64,000 nt of DNA from Macrostomum lignano (GCA_002269645.1 NIVC01003922.1:5629-69628), one strand, 5' to 3'; positions 10,713-24,005 are shown, counted from the first letter of the stretch. The notes: a model not told the origin generated them from the letters alone. Program-made: numbers and translations.

Positions 10713-11800
10713 ACGGCGTCTACAATCAGCAAGAAGATAAGGGCTAAAATCTCCGGCCTGAAACTGGGCTACATGAATGCAGCGGTTACTGACCTCGTGA
10801 CTGAGTTGAAGGAGATCAAGTCGTACACGAAAAACGAAGTTCGAAACGAAGTTATTTCATTCGTCTTGATAGACGACTCGGCTGAGATGAGAGTCAGCGT
10901 TTTCGGCAAGGACCTGCGGTCTATTTGGGAAGTTTGCAATACTTTCGATGCTATTCGCATAGCCGGCGGAATGGTAAAGACTTCGGATCCGAGATACAAC
11001 AGCACGAATAATCCTATGGAGGTGTCTCTTTCAGTTGACTCCAAGGGATCAATATATCGAAGCAATGAAGTTCCGACTGTTAGTGAACGGGCGTGTAACT
11101 ATACGCGAATAAGCGACCTTCAAAACGTACGCCTGCAAGGTTGAGTTGCATTGGATCTATCTACTTGTTTGTATTGTATAGACAGACAGTATAATACAAT
11201 ATATATGTACAATAGACATAATAGTATAGAAAATATGAATTGTATCGGCAACTGTGTAGCACTGTAGTTGTTCGGCTTTTATAAATTATTTTGACTAGAT
11301 TAGCAATCCATTCTATGCCTTCATCCTTTGATGTTGGCTAGACTAGCAGTCCATTATATTCATTCGTCCATTGATGTAGGTAGGATTAAATTAACTTCAA
11401 AAAGCGTTTTGAGGTTTTAAAAGACCTCAAAAAACCCTTTTGTCCCCTCTTTATTTGCCTTTTATTGGAAATGTCGATGTCCTTGGAGCAATCGACACAC
11501 TGCAGCAGCCCGAGGAAGTTGTGACGAAGGCTGGGAAGCGGATAAACGTAGCCAGTGACTCTTGTTGACCAGTCCTGTCGTTCTGTCTCCTGCACGTTTT
11601 GGGGGTCGTCCTCCGATCAAACTGTCAATTGGAGTGTCGGCGACATTTTGTCGATAAGACGAGCAAAAGTACAGGAGTACGCCGGTGCTGTTGTACTTGG
11701 ATGTACTTGCTCTGAAGTTCGGCTCAACTTGGACGACACCGAGGTTACGACTTTGACTGACTGGTACACGAATACCAGTACATGATACCAGTACTGGTAC
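10713..11800 (+). pseudogene. RPA70-like ssDNA-binding protein (tandem OB folds, DBD-A/DBD-B), spliced and decayed
   Basis: Exon 10713-11139 (start appears as ACG): EIKSYTKNEVRNEVISFVLIDDSAEMRVSVFG...GGMVKTSDPRYNSTNNPMEV. Exon from 11468 (acceptor AG appears as TG): GNVDVLGAID...VTLVDQSCRSVSCTFWG...VRLNLDDTEVTTLTDWY, with one frameshift. Confidence 0.8.
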
Positions 11801-12288
11801 ATGAAACTCAGTTTCAATCTCTGGGTGCTCCGTGTCCATCAGGCGCGGTTGGTGGCTCTTCTGACCAAAGGGAAAACAACAGGCGAGTTGTTATGCAACT
11901 ACCGGTTTCGCACGAATCTTTCCGGGATGTAGACGAAATTGCCTTGAACTTTGGAGAAGAAATAAAATTGCGCGTGTTCATTGTACATGTAATTTAGGTA
12001 ATTTTTACATTTTTTATTTTACATTATTTTAAATTTACATAATTTTATTTTACATAATTTTACATTATTTAATTTGTTTCTACACACTAACGTACTACAA
12101 CATTGTATATTACAATACAGATTGACACCAATGAAAAATTCGTAACAGAATTAGTGCAATGGTACTATCTTGTTGGCAAAGCCTTCTGTAAAAAAATTCT
12201 AATTATTGTCCATTTAAGACTTTTTTGCAATTGTAAATATACAGAGTATATAAAAAAGCTCTGTCTTAAGTATAACTTCAATCTTTCA

Positions 12289-12680
12289 GGTTTGACAGTG
12301 GTGAGTTAGCCTCACCAGCTGTGGTTTTATTTAATACGCTAGGTGTTGTTCGGATCCCGGGTGATGGGAATTGCTTTTTTCATGCAGTATGTGATCAGTT
12401 GCAGGGCACTACGCTTGAGACCAATGCAGCGTTTTAAGGCATGAACTGACATGCCGTGTAGTGCAGGTAATGCCAGTATTTACGTTAAAATGATACGTCC
12501 TGGAGACTAGCGTATTGCGTAAAAATGCTGCTCGGGCAATATATGACTGCATATCATGCAATGCTTGCTATAGATGCAAGACCCGAAAATGGGTAATTTT
12601 TAATGAGCTCTCATTGCAGCAAAAGAATTAATACTAAAATTCGATCGCTTGTAAGACATGGTCGCTTGCATCAATAGAGT
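12289..12680 (+). pseudogene. OTU-family cysteine protease remnant
   Basis: After acceptor tctttcag: LFNTLGVVRIPGDGNCFFHAVCDQLQG (catalytic GDGNC motif). A later fragment ALIAAKEL resembles the OTU helix. Several stops and frameshifts. Confidence 0.75.
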
Positions 12681-14681
12681 TAATTTTGCGCTCCGAGGCA
12701 AATCCGATTTATTAAATTGGAGAACAGTCTACATCCACAGCCAGTTCGTCCTGCCAGTTTCAGTCTATTGCGTGGAAGGCCTTGATCAAGAGTAAAAAAT
12801 GGTATCCAATAATTCTCCAATCCTATGGAGCTTTTTCGCGGAATCGCAGAAAGGCCGGAATTCGACAACTCGCCTTTTAAGCACGACTCTCGCGACTGGC
12901 GATTAATTTGAGGGACTATAAATAATAATTAATGTAATGTTTTGCAGCCGGTCGAAAACAGTTAAGTTGAACGAGATCCAAGATGTCGAACGTTGGCACG
13001 AATAACAAAAGCACATCATCAGCATGCTAACGACGTCCTCGAGTTCTCGAGCCTCAACAATGGCCTACCCTTATGCCACAATCAGGATCGACAATGAACA
13101 TTTACATGGAAAAGAGGTGCTCATTTCTGATTTTCTGAGTCAGCGGTACCTACCAAATGACAGTGCAAGCAACGAGCTTGTATTGTCCGAAAATGAGCCT
13201 CGTCTGGCGTATTACATTCACTGTGCGCTCTCTAACGCTTATCGAATCTTCTGACATGTTGCAGCACCTTGACCAAGGACCACTAAATTAACGTATAGTA
13301 GTCCTTGAACTTGACGTGTGCCAGTTAGGAGTCCGTCCCCGTCTACCTGCCAGCAAAAGCAGAGAAACAAAGCCTGCAGACTTCAAGCGAGGTGACGCCT
13401 ACCAAGTCAGCTACAATTAAGCACCAGCGTCTGACTGCTGAATCAAATAAACCTCCATCGAATGCGATGTCTACTGAACCGTTAAAAAACAAGTGCGAAA
13501 ACGCAGTGCTCAGCACAGCAAAGCAATTCTGGTGGAGCCGATGGTACAGACTGGGTGGAGGCTCCACCAGCAAAGATCTTGGTGAGTACACCAGCCAGAC
13601 AGCATTTTTAAAGCATGCTGCTGCTGCCGCCGCGGTGCTGCGGACGCTACTACAGCTAGCTTGTCTTCATCGGACGATTCGTACAGCTCTGATGATGATG
13701 AGTAAAAATTTTGACAAAGTTTTTACCTATAAAGTTTTAACTAAAATTTGTTAAATTTGGCTAGGGAAACATTATTTAGGAAAAAAAGCTTAAAACATTT
13801 TTGCTGCCGTTAACTCCTTGTATGCCTACCAGGTTTTGTAATTTATCCGAATTTACGATAGTATAGTCATGTTTAACTTGTATTATTATTTTTCCGTTTT
13901 AGCCACTTGTCCTATTAATACTTACTGCAAGTCTGAATCTGCGTCTGCTTAAAAAGATCAAACAGATCAAACAGAAGCTACAGGCCAGAAACCGGTTTTG
14001 CAAACTATTCTTAAGCCGATCAACAATGCTTAAGCTGTAGTTTAATTTATTAAAACGCTAAAATCCAACTTTGTCCGGCAGGAAACCTAACTGTATATAA
14101 TTGTAAATTAAGTTTTCAGGTAGTTTTAGCTTTACGATTTATCAACGATACTATTAATTGTGTACATTACGATTCAGTAAAAATTCAGAGCAGTCCCTGT
14201 TGGCTTTATTGGTCATGTTTGGCCAAAATTCGGGTTCTATAGTCTAAAAAGATATGCAGGGTACTATTCGGATTATCTAGTTGGGTACGACGCAGAAACT
14301 TTTCCACAAGCAGTTTTTTTTTAATCAACATCAAAACCAAGGCTTTTTGTAACATTTTTTCGAAAAAGTTTGTTCTTATGGGTGTTCAAAACAGTCATGA
14401 ATTGAATATCTTAACCATGTCAATGATTTTTTAATCTCAAATGTTAACTAAACTAAACTAAACAAGTAAACAACTAATCAAATCGCAGTTGCGATGCAAT
14501 TTTTCACAAACATTTTGCCTTGTTTTCATTTATTTGCCTTGTTTCCTCATGTCTAGTAAACGTGTCAGCTATACCCAACCAAACCAAATCATCATTTTTT
14601 TCTTACAGCCGCAAATGACATACCGTAGTTAACTCTGAACCTAATAATATTGTGCTCGATACGGCCGAGTGCACTAGCTAG

Positions 14682-15400
14682 GTGCACACAATGCCGCGTG
14701 CACAATGCCGAAAAAAGTTCAGCAATCAAGCTGAGCTGCATCCCCCCTCGCATTGTGATTGTTTTTCGCCGGAACGATTACTGACCGGATCGCTGCAAAA
14801 CCTGCTCGAAAACCCACTATATGGGTGGTCCATTGCTTTGCGCGAGTCAGCTTATCGTGGTTGGGTAAATTTTATTGAATTTACTCCAACTTTTGAACAG
14901 AGTGAACAAGAGAGCTCGGGTTTTACTTCCTGCCGAGTTGATTGCACCTTTAAGAGGACCAATATTTAAAATATTGGAAAAATTAATTCGCCTAGTTTAT
15001 TAATGAGTCTGCTTTCACTTAAAAGTGAAACTATCTCGACCGAAACAGACAACAGCAGACGACGGCGACGGCAATGAATCAAGCAAGGAGATAATCTCGG
15101 CCTATTTCAATAACAACAATGCGACAATATCATTCGATGAGACTATTGCAAATAGTGACATGCTGTTATCTCCCGAGGCCTACAATGACTGGTTCGCACG
15201 TGTTATTAATCAGCTATTGACAAAAATTGATGATTTTCCATCTCGAGGTAGTAATTGGCAATATGGAGCAATCGAACAGCTAGACTTGATGCTTGAGTTA
15301 ATCGCAAAAGCCATGCAAGCACACTATTAAATACGTCCCACGAAGGTGTGGATCGGACTGCACCAGTACGGTCCGAACCGATCCGTAAGAAAAGAGTTGC
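14682..15400 (+). pseudogene. Maverick protein-primed PolB, N-terminal region
   Basis: Zn-finger-like CRKKFSNQAELH; ALRESAYRGW; VKLSRPK...ISAYFNNNN...IDDFPSRGSNWQYGAIEQLDL, matching the polinton PolB N-terminal F..xGSxW motif. Confidence 0.7.
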
Positions 15401-16989
15401 ACTCAAAGTTTCGATATCCATCGGTCGCAAGCAAGATACAGTCTTGTATCTGAAACCGCATCGAGCTAATTAACTTGATTGTTTTCAATTTTTGTCATCG
15501 CCAGCAAGTTTGATCTCTTGACAACAGATCAGTAGTATACGCTTTTCCTCAGTCAGTAGGAAAGCCGATTTCCTTTTGGCGAAATATTTAGTCAGTAAAG
15601 GCTCAAAAAGTGACAGTCCAAAATTTTATGTGCACGCAGTTTGAAATTCCATGTACAAACAGTCTAAAATTTCAAGTGCACGTTGAATAACATTTACGCA
15701 ACGAATAATTGCTTATCCAGACGAATGACATGTGCATAGACACCTGTCCAAAATACAATGTTAACGAATCTAGGAATGGTGACACAAACACACTATTCAT
15801 AAGATTCTATTCAAGTTAAATTTACTTTAAAGCTATTCACACATTTTAAGTGTTATCGAAATGTGGAATTGAAAACTTGCGATTATTATCACCCTTTTGA
15901 AGAAAGATAAAAAATTCTCTATTATTAAGTACCCATAGTTTTTCCCACCAACTTTTACAAGTTTGTAAAAGTTTGTAAAAAACAAGGTTTACAGATACTA
16001 TACCAACCACGTCAGCATGCTTTTGTGTGTATATATATGTATAATATAATTAATATATAATATTAATATTAATATATAATATTATATTAATATATAATAT
16101 TATATTATAATTTGTCATCGCCAGCGTGTCTATATATACAGCACACACGGAAAATATTCAATAAAACTCAAACTAAATTTACATTACACCAGTTGTTCGA
16201 CTATACTTGCATCGTTAGTCAAATGATCACGTCAGGAGGAATTGGCCGAGCGCTGTGTTAAAGAAGGTAAGATAATTACCTACTTTAGTTCAGTTTCTAG
16301 ATTGATTGTCTGCTAGTTCGGTTTCTGTTTAGATTAATCGTCTGCTAGTTCAGATTCTGTATACATATTGCATATACGCTTACCAAATTTACCCTCATCT
16401 AATTATTTCTACAGCAATCGAGAATGGTGCCTTTACGCGATGAGCAGACAACCGCATTTATTCTGCAACGTCATCTTCTAAAACTCTTGCAAGAGTGACT
16501 TCGATTCTATTAGTCAATCCTAAGATCTATTAGTCAATCAATTAGTCCACAAACGAACCCACGACCACCAGTAACAGCTGTCCTAGACCAACTGCGTACA
16601 CCATCACCACTAGTCGGCTACAACGACCTAACAAACCAAGCTCGCAATAGGCCTACAAATACCGAGTCAAGAACGGAAACCATGTCATCAATTGCTATTT
16701 CTAGCCAAATTCAACACCTATATATCAACTCGCCAATTCTTACACAGAAGGACGTGAAGTGTGTAAAAGTGTCTCAAACGAGCACAGAATTCTACCAAGT
16801 GGAATTAACAAAAACTAGCAATGCAACTTAAGCATTTGAATATTGGGACCTATCTCAGACATTTTTTAACTCTTCATCAAATTTTGCTAGTAATCTGTTC
16901 ATGTGATTGCTCTATTTCAGTATTTACCAAGCATACTATGTCTAATCAATAATATTATAATCTCTATAAATTCTTTATTTTAGAATGTA

Positions 16990-18219
16990 CATGTATGGTA
17001 GGACTCCTGGGATTACTCGGTAATCACGCAATTAATTATTATATTATTTATGAATAATGACGTAATACTAACATGCAAATTTAATTCACTGAAGCTCGTG
17101 CACAAGCGCCAACGAATAGCATACTGTATCTGCGCGACAAAGTGACTGTTAGTTGTTTTAATGCACTAGCTTTGCGGGTATATAAATACCGCGTGCACCA
17201 GCACCACTCTTGCCTTGGCTCTCGTTTTTCTAGCCCGGACTGTGTGCTCCCAGTCTAGTACTGTCTTGTCTTGTATTGTATTGTCTTGTGTAGGCCCGGC
17301 CTGTAGTGCCTGATAATTGACTTAGTTAATGACTAGTGATTAGAACTCGTTATGAGTCTTAGTGTGAGTGAAGCTCGTAACTACTGAGCTTAGTCAGGTA
17401 GACTAAAATCTTAGCTCTAACAGACTATGTTTAGTAAGGACCCAGGAGAGGCCGAGCTTATCTTAGCTAATTAATTATTGTTAAGTCGTTATTATTTTAC
17501 TGCTGGTGCGCTACTTTATTTATTTATTAAGTTATCGTTCAATAACTACGTCAATTTATTATTATTTCGAAACTCAATTTAAGCTATTAAGTTCAATTTA
17601 ATCAAAATCTTCTTTGATAGCGATTTGTCTCAGTCATTTAATCATAGCTTCGATATGCGGCAGCGAACTACCTTTCGTGACTATCTAGCTTTGGGATTGA
17701 CTTATCGGGGAACGTAATATATCAGGAAACCATTGGCATTACTCTATCAGACCATCTCACGATAACGCTCTTCGGCTGGTGCAATATAAGCAGTAAAGCC
17801 TTAGGCCATATTCTCGTAGCTACCGAAATTCTAAGTTTTTTGGAACCTTTGTTGTTACCGGAAATAGAGGACCAAGTCACTCCGCTCATTAAGAGTTCGC
17901 GGACAAAGGGCCTGTCTGAGTTGTGCCAGACGCTGAGTCACCGCCGTGCTAAAGTACAAGTGATTCATAGTTTGCAACTAGACAAAGAGCCTAGGAGACA
18001 AGGAGCCCAGCGGAAATCTAGAGTCCCGCGAGACATAGGGCCCATAGGAAACTATAGGTCACTCGAGACAAGGGGCCTGTCTCTTTTCGGTGCTATATAT
18101 AATATCCGCGACAGACTACTTGTCGTTGGTAGCCAAATTAGCATTAGTTCAATATTTCATTCCGGCAAGTCGCATTAATTTTAAACCTATCACATTTGGT
18201 GGCATCGTATAGGATTCAA
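16990..18219 (+). mobile_element. Probable LTR plus degenerate tRNA-Leu-type PBS of a second retroelement, nested in PolB
   Basis: TATATAAATA near 17178; LTR-like end CCTATCACA at 18194, then TT, then TGGTGGCATCGTATAGGATTCAA (18197-18219, complement of a tRNA 3' end/T-loop). Left boundary uncertain. Confidence 0.5.
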
Positions 18220-18598
18220 GCCGTTAAGGTTACGCATTCTTTTCACCCCATTGCAAATGGAGATTAGTCTTTTGCATTTTCTTTAACCAAAACTACAACC
18301 TTTATTGGTTTGGCCGTGCATTTTTCTTCTAAAACTAAATTACGCTCATATTAATATTCAAAACTTAAACTACACGAAAGAAATTCTTGAAATAATAAAA
18401 GTCACGTCTTAATAGGTATAATAATCCAAATCTATTAAATTCAACGTAAAGAAAATCTTGGGTGTCCATAAAAGCCGGCACTGGACACATTGGACACTTT
18501 TTTATAACAAAATCAGGAAATGTCGCAAAATAATTTAGCGCAGTTCGTTTTAATTCGTTGTTGTAAAGAATTAAGTGATTAAAATAACAACTTTTTGC

Positions 18599-19005
18599 AC
18601 AGATTTGGCAGAAGGTTTGCTAGACACGAATAACTATTCTCCAATGCATGCTCTGTACTCGACAAAGCACAAGGGTCGACTTTTGGCGTGGAAAGACGAG
18701 TTTAAAGGTTTTGTACCACTGCAACTGGTATAGCTCGTATTTGCCACCAAAAAATACTCCTTCGTGTATGCCAATGGAACTATAGATCAAGTCTCACGCT
18801 GCAAAGGTGTCTGTAGGTCCGTGGCACAAAGTTTAAAGCATAAATACTATTTTAGAGTTTTTCGCCTATGATGCCTACGCCTTTTTTAGGCTTATGAGTT
18901 TTTCGCGCATGCAGTCCATTCGCTGTCGAAAACAAAAAGTGTTTTTGGTGCAACAAAGAAAGCTTTTAATGAGCTTTTTCGATACGAAACGATCCTGGAC
19001 AAGTT
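18599..19005 (+). pseudogene. Maverick PolB, C-terminal palm/thumb region
   Basis: LLDTNNYSPMHALYSTKHKGRLLAWKDEFKG...TKKYS...RCKGV...QSIRCRKQKV...LMSFFDTKR, with one internal stop. Confidence 0.85.
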
Positions 19006-19139
19006 AATTTTTATAGTTTAATATATTTTTATAGTTAGATTCGTATTACTGAACAACTTGTTTAAGCTTGTGTTTTTCGACGTAAATGTAGTTTCTAGCG
19101 TTCATATTCCAAGAAAAACTTTTGGTCGAACGTTTGTAT

Positions 19140-19552
19140 GAGTCAACCACGATTCCAACCCGAAAAACTGTCAGTTCATTTGGATATGATTATACCCAGG
19201 CGTAGATGACTTCATTCCGGCCTACGAATCCTGAAGTGTCCGGACAGGAATCAAAGTTCGGCTACCGCCAGGCACCTATGGGAGAATAGAAGGACGGTCT
19301 AGCATGGCGCTACGCAGTATATTTGTCGGCGGGGGCGTCAACGATCCTGACTATACGGGCGAAATCATCATTGTTTTGTTTAACTTCAGCATAGAAGATT
19401 TTAACTATTATGCTGGCCTTACCATCGCACAGCTGATTCTGGAGCAAGCCGTGCTTGCTTTAGTCTATGTGACGGAGGCAGACAATTTAATTGGAATGAT
19501 TGAACCGCCGACCAAGCAAAAGACGCGGCTTTGGCGGCTTTGGCAGCACTGA
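19140..19552 (+). pseudogene. dUTPase
   Basis: PTRKTVSSFGYD...VRTGIKVRLPPGTYGRIEGRSSMAL...GGVNDPDYTGEIIIVLFN...IAQLIL (motifs 1-4), with a stop and frameshifts. Confidence 0.9.
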
Positions 19553-19741
19553 TCAATAACTATATAATAAACTGATTTTTTGGTGATTGGTGCACTATGC
19601 GGGTGCTTTGTAACACTAAGCAATTTAAAAAAATTATGTTTAAATATACGTAAAAATAGCTTTAAAGATTGCAACAATTGAAATTAGAAAGGTTAAGAAG
19701 CAACAAGCTTTTGGTGTCGTAAATTAGTCAATTAACAATTT

Positions 19742-20028
19742 ACCACTTGAAGCACATTTGCCCGGCGGATATCAGTTTTGTGGTCCAGGTACTCAACTAC
19801 AAGCTAGGCTTGCAAAGGGACAACGAGGAATTAATCGGCTTGACATTTTGCATGCTTCACGACGTGGCCTATGATAAAAATTCTGACGTGCAAGAGAGGT
19901 TTAAAGCGGATAAGCTGTTAGTATCTGGTGCACGAGAGATTGCCCACAATCCATCTACTTGTTGGAGAGAAAAGCTGCTGCGAAGTTATAGGTTATGCAT
20001 GCAAGTTAAGCAACGCTTTGGTGCTTGA
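19742..20028 (+). pseudogene. Parvovirus-type phospholipase A2 (Maverick PLA2X)
   Basis: EAHLPGGYQFCGPGTQLQARLAKGQRGINRLD, then a frameshift to CMLHDVAYDKNSDVQERFKADKLL (Ca-loop GPG and catalytic HDxxY). Confidence 0.9.
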
Positions 20029-20059
20029 AAATGCACTCATACAATACGAGTATGCAGCT

Positions 20060-20660
20060 AGCTCATGATTCTACATTTACGAGCTATTATTGCTGGACCT
20101 TAAAACTCTGGTAAAACTGAACGGACTTTGCGTTTGCTGACTCAACAAAAAAGAATTATTTGATAAAAACACGCCTTGTTTGGTGCAATGGATCAAGTTT
20201 GAAATCAGACGAGCAACAACAAATTAGAACATGCTGGGAAAAGACTGGCCTTGGCCCTATCGTTTTTGTGCCCGAATTTACGCCGCAGATGATTAATTGT
20301 TTTTTACCACACGATTTGGTTGTTGTTGATGACTTGCGAAGTGAGATTGCTAAGTTGCCAGAATTTACGAGCGTACTATTATGTTTACAAAGCATGCGCA
20401 TTATATCCCTTTGACTGGTCTGTATCTTTGACAAGGTCTTTTTAACCCATCTGATCCAGAAGCGCGCATGCGAAGTTTATCAGCTAGTTATATTTGTCTA
20501 ACTCGTAGTGTGCACGATCGAACCACAGTTAAAAATCTCGGTCGACAAATAATACTCAATAATACGATCAAAGAAAAACTATTGGGGTCGTGTTTGGGCA
20601 GAGGCAGACTTGGATGCTTACGTTTCCTGGCAACCGTACGCGTCTGGTACAGATGAAAAA
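20060..20660 (+). pseudogene. A32/FtsK-like packaging ATPase
   Basis: Walker A IIAGP*NSGKT, Walker B LVVVDDL, then QGLF...RSLSASYICL...LGRQI. Confidence 0.85.
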
Positions 20661-20699
20661 TTTGCCTAAAAACTATTGGGTTAGAACTACCAGTTACAT

Positions 20700-21206
20700 T
20701 TATGGAAGCTTTCAAATTTGACTCTTAGAAGAAAATTTCTGGATTAGTCTCGGAAAAAAATTATCAAAGCCTACCGCTGGCAGTGTACTATTGTGTTCTA
20801 TCGCCTGGTGATTCTACAAGACTTGTTTCGCTATCTATATATTTATCTATTTTTGGAGACTATCTTCAAAAAACGGAAGGAGAGATTGTACATCAAACTA
20901 CACCAATATTGGTTGAGAAATGGTATTTGGCGCAATAACAAAATTTACTTGGATGATGTGTAATCGAGTATTAAGCAGTGGGAAGTACATCAGTACCGTT
21001 GCTTCGAGTTGTGGAACTCCGACAAAAGAAAAACGGAGAACTTGTACGCAATAGCAGTGCATTGCAAATGCCCTGCTACTTGAAAACAAATCGGAAACAA
21101 ATTTAAGAGATTTCTATTCGACTGTCGGACCAGCGCGGAAAGCCGTTTAATTTTCGTCCTAAAGCACGTTTTTTTCGTACTGCATTTTAGACGTAGGTCG
21201 GACTAA
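20700..21206 (+). pseudogene. Maverick minor capsid (penton-like) protein remnant
   Basis: C-terminal CVIEY*AVGSTSVPLLRVV...VFFVLHFRRRSD*, matching the VG..VPLLRVV...LHFR signature as I recall it. Confidence 0.65.
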
Positions 21207-21329
21207 CTTATAAGCAAAGATTAATTGTTTTAAAGAAAATTTAGTGAATTTCTTTTGTAAGAATAAGCAAACTAACAGAAAAAGGAAAACGAAATGCTTG
21301 CTTGTTGTGTCAATGTGCTTTTTTACTTC

Positions 21330-21674
21330 AAATTGTGTGTTGGCTAAAGCATCTAAAGCAGAGAAAAAGTTTTTTTAAATACTTTCAGAGTCTGAGATAC
21401 GGTGTCTAGTAGACTTTCTGTTTAATATTATTAGTTCTAACAGTAACAAAAGACGACTTGAGAAGCATCGCAGATATATACGTTAGCTTTTGGAACAGAA
21501 GACTCCAATTACTGCAAAAAAGAAAATTCTTGTCCAGCACGGAGGATTTTTACTTTTTTGGCTCCAATAATTGCTGCTCTACCTGTTATAAGCACTGCGC
21601 TTAGGATAACGTCTGGAGTAGTTGGTACCGCCGCGGGAGGAGCAAATGTAATACGATCAATTAAACGAAAGTAG
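21330..21674 (+). pseudogene. Small Maverick basic/amphipathic core protein (QxGGFL type)
   Basis: LAKASKAEKK...SEIRCLVDFLFNII...KRRLEKHRRYIR*LLEQKTPITAKKKILVQHGGFL(P)FLAPIIAAL. Confidence 0.7.
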
Positions 21675-22445
21675 GAATGCGAGCTAAGGAGAATAGTAGT
21701 TTTCAACGAATGTACCTAGTACCTGAATCTGTATCAATCTACATGTCAGGGTGTAGAGCAAGGACAACCAGCTGAGGTACCTCGAAAAACTGAGACATGC
21801 CTTAAGATGCTCTTTCAAAAAATATGATGGAAATGAGAGATCAAATGGATAACTTGGACAAGGAAATCGACAAGGAGCGGATTGGAAGACAAAATTTTAA
21901 AATTGCGCAGAGTCTATCGTGCAACAACGAGGACAAGGACAGCGAACCGCTTGTTCGCAAAGGAACTAATGTAAGAAGTAATACAAGTGGCAAATTCCTA
22001 AAGTTTTTTTACCATGCTTCGAAGCTCTCACGCAAAGTCTATTTTCGGACACGAATGCAGAACCAATGCCGGCTAATCTGACTGATGTCGAGATACAAGA
22101 TCTCATGGAATGTGTTGTTCAAGACAGACCGCTTAAGTGACACAACCGACTAAAACAATTTTTATGATTTTAATGATTTTAAAATGCATTTAAAATGCAC
22201 AGGACTTTCATAGCTATTTGTAATGTAAATCAAGATAGAAAATCATAAACAGCGCGACACGAAGACGCAGCTCTAATCCAAATCCTCTATACTAAAAATA
22301 TAAAGCTATTTAGCTTATATAGTAGCTGTTACTATTACTGAAAAGTACATATCAATGTGTATAAATTTTCTAAATACTAAGAATAGTAATGCTAAGAATA
22401 TGCTATATCCCGTAAACCAGACATGCTCATTTAAAGACAACACTA

Positions 22446-24005
22446 CTTTTAGTAATCCGAAGGCTCCTCTCAGATACACAGCGAATGATCATCCTATGAC
22501 CCATTGTCCTATTGTTGCAAAAAAACGGTTCTCAGTACTTATTTTTCAGTTCTAAAATATGGTGTTAACCAAAAATTGTCAACCTTGCCCCTGCAATTGC
22601 AATTGCCGCATTTGCAGTTGAAAACGTGAAGGCCAGACGGAGTTTACAATGAGAAGAGAGGGTGTGGAGAACAATGGAGCGCTGCATGGCATTGACAGTG
22701 CAAGTGTTGACTTCATCTGACAATGCGCTTGCCAACTTGGTGAACAGCGGCGGACAAGCAGAGACCCTGAGGAGTAAACAGTTTTGTAATTCATAGATGA
22801 TTGCGATCTGGGGGATGCTTGCTATCTTGGGGATGCTTTTTTAGGGGGAATGCCTGCTATCTTTGCAAAGGCTTTATTTGTATAATTGCCACATCGCTGC
22901 TCACGGATGATGGAAAATGCCCCACCACTGCCTACGGATGCTGGAGAATACCATCACTGCCTACGGATGCTGGAGAATGACCATCACTCCCTACAGGTGC
23001 TGGAGAATGCTCCACCACTGACTACGGATGCTGGAGAGTGCCCATCACAGCCCACGGATGCTGGAGAATACCATCACTGCCTACGGGTGCTGGAGAATGT
23101 CGATTACTGCCTACGGATGATGGAGAGTGCCCATCACTGCCTATGGATGATGGAGAATGATCCATCACTGCCTACGGATGCTGGAGAATGTCGATCACTG
23201 CCTACGGATGATGGAGAATGATCCATCACTGCCTACGGATGCTGGAGAATGTCGATCACTGCCTAGGGATGCTGAAGAATGACCATCACTCCCTACAGGT
23301 GCTGGAGAATGCTCCACCACTGACTACGGATGCTGGAGAGTGCCCATCACAGCCTACGGATGCTGGAGAATACCATCACTGCCTACGGATGCTGGAGAAT
23401 GACCATCACTCCCTACAGGTGCTGGAGAATGCTCCACCACTGACTACGGATGCTGGAGAGTGCCCATCACAGCCTACGGATGCTGGAGAATACCATCACT
23501 GCCTACGGATGCTGGAGAATGACCATCACTCCCTACAGGTGCTGGAGAATGCTCCACCACTGACTACGGATGCTGGAGAGTGCCCATCACAGCCTACGGA
23601 TGCTGGAGAATACCATCACTGCCTACGGATGCTGGAGAATGACCATCACTCCCTACAGGTGCTGGAGAATGCTCCACCACTGCCTACGGATGCTGGAGAG
23701 TGCCCATCACAGCCTACGGATGCTGGAGAATACCATCACTGCCTACGGATGCTGGAGAGTGCCCATCACTGCCTACGGATGCTGGAGAATGTCGATCACT
23801 GCCTACAGATGCTGGAGAATACTCCATCACTGCCTACGGATGCTGGAGAATGTCGATCACTGCTTTTAGTAATCCGAAGGCTTGTCTCAGATACACAGCG
23901 AATGATCATCCTATGACCCATTGTCCTATTGTTGCAAAAAAACGGTTTTCAGTAACTTATTTTTCAGTTCTAAAATATGGTGTTAACCCAAATTTGTCAA
24001 CCTTG
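22446..24005. repeat. About 142-bp direct repeats (22446-22587 and 23863-24005) bracketing the first minisatellite block
   Basis: Near-identical cttttagtaatccgaagg...ttgtcaaccttg at both positions. Confidence 0.9.
22905..23862. repeat. About 30-nt minisatellite (ccatcactgcctacggatgctggagaat) with a 120-nt higher-order repeat
   Basis: Blocks starting at 23281, 23401, 23521 and 23641 are near-identical 4-mers (30+31+30+29 nt). Confidence 0.95.

Larger units (their letters stand above)
14600..22140 (+). mobile_element. Decayed Maverick/Polinton (adintovirus-like endogenous virus)
   Basis: Co-oriented remnants of pPolB, dUTPase, PLA2, A32-like ATPase, penton-like protein and GGFL core protein. 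TIRs, integrase, major capsid protein and adenain protease not recognised. Confidence 0.88.

Noticed and set aside
4448-22140. Alternative genetic code or stop readthrough in the interrupted ORFs
   Set aside because: All three stop types plus frameshifts occur, while host genes use the standard code; ordinary decay explains it.
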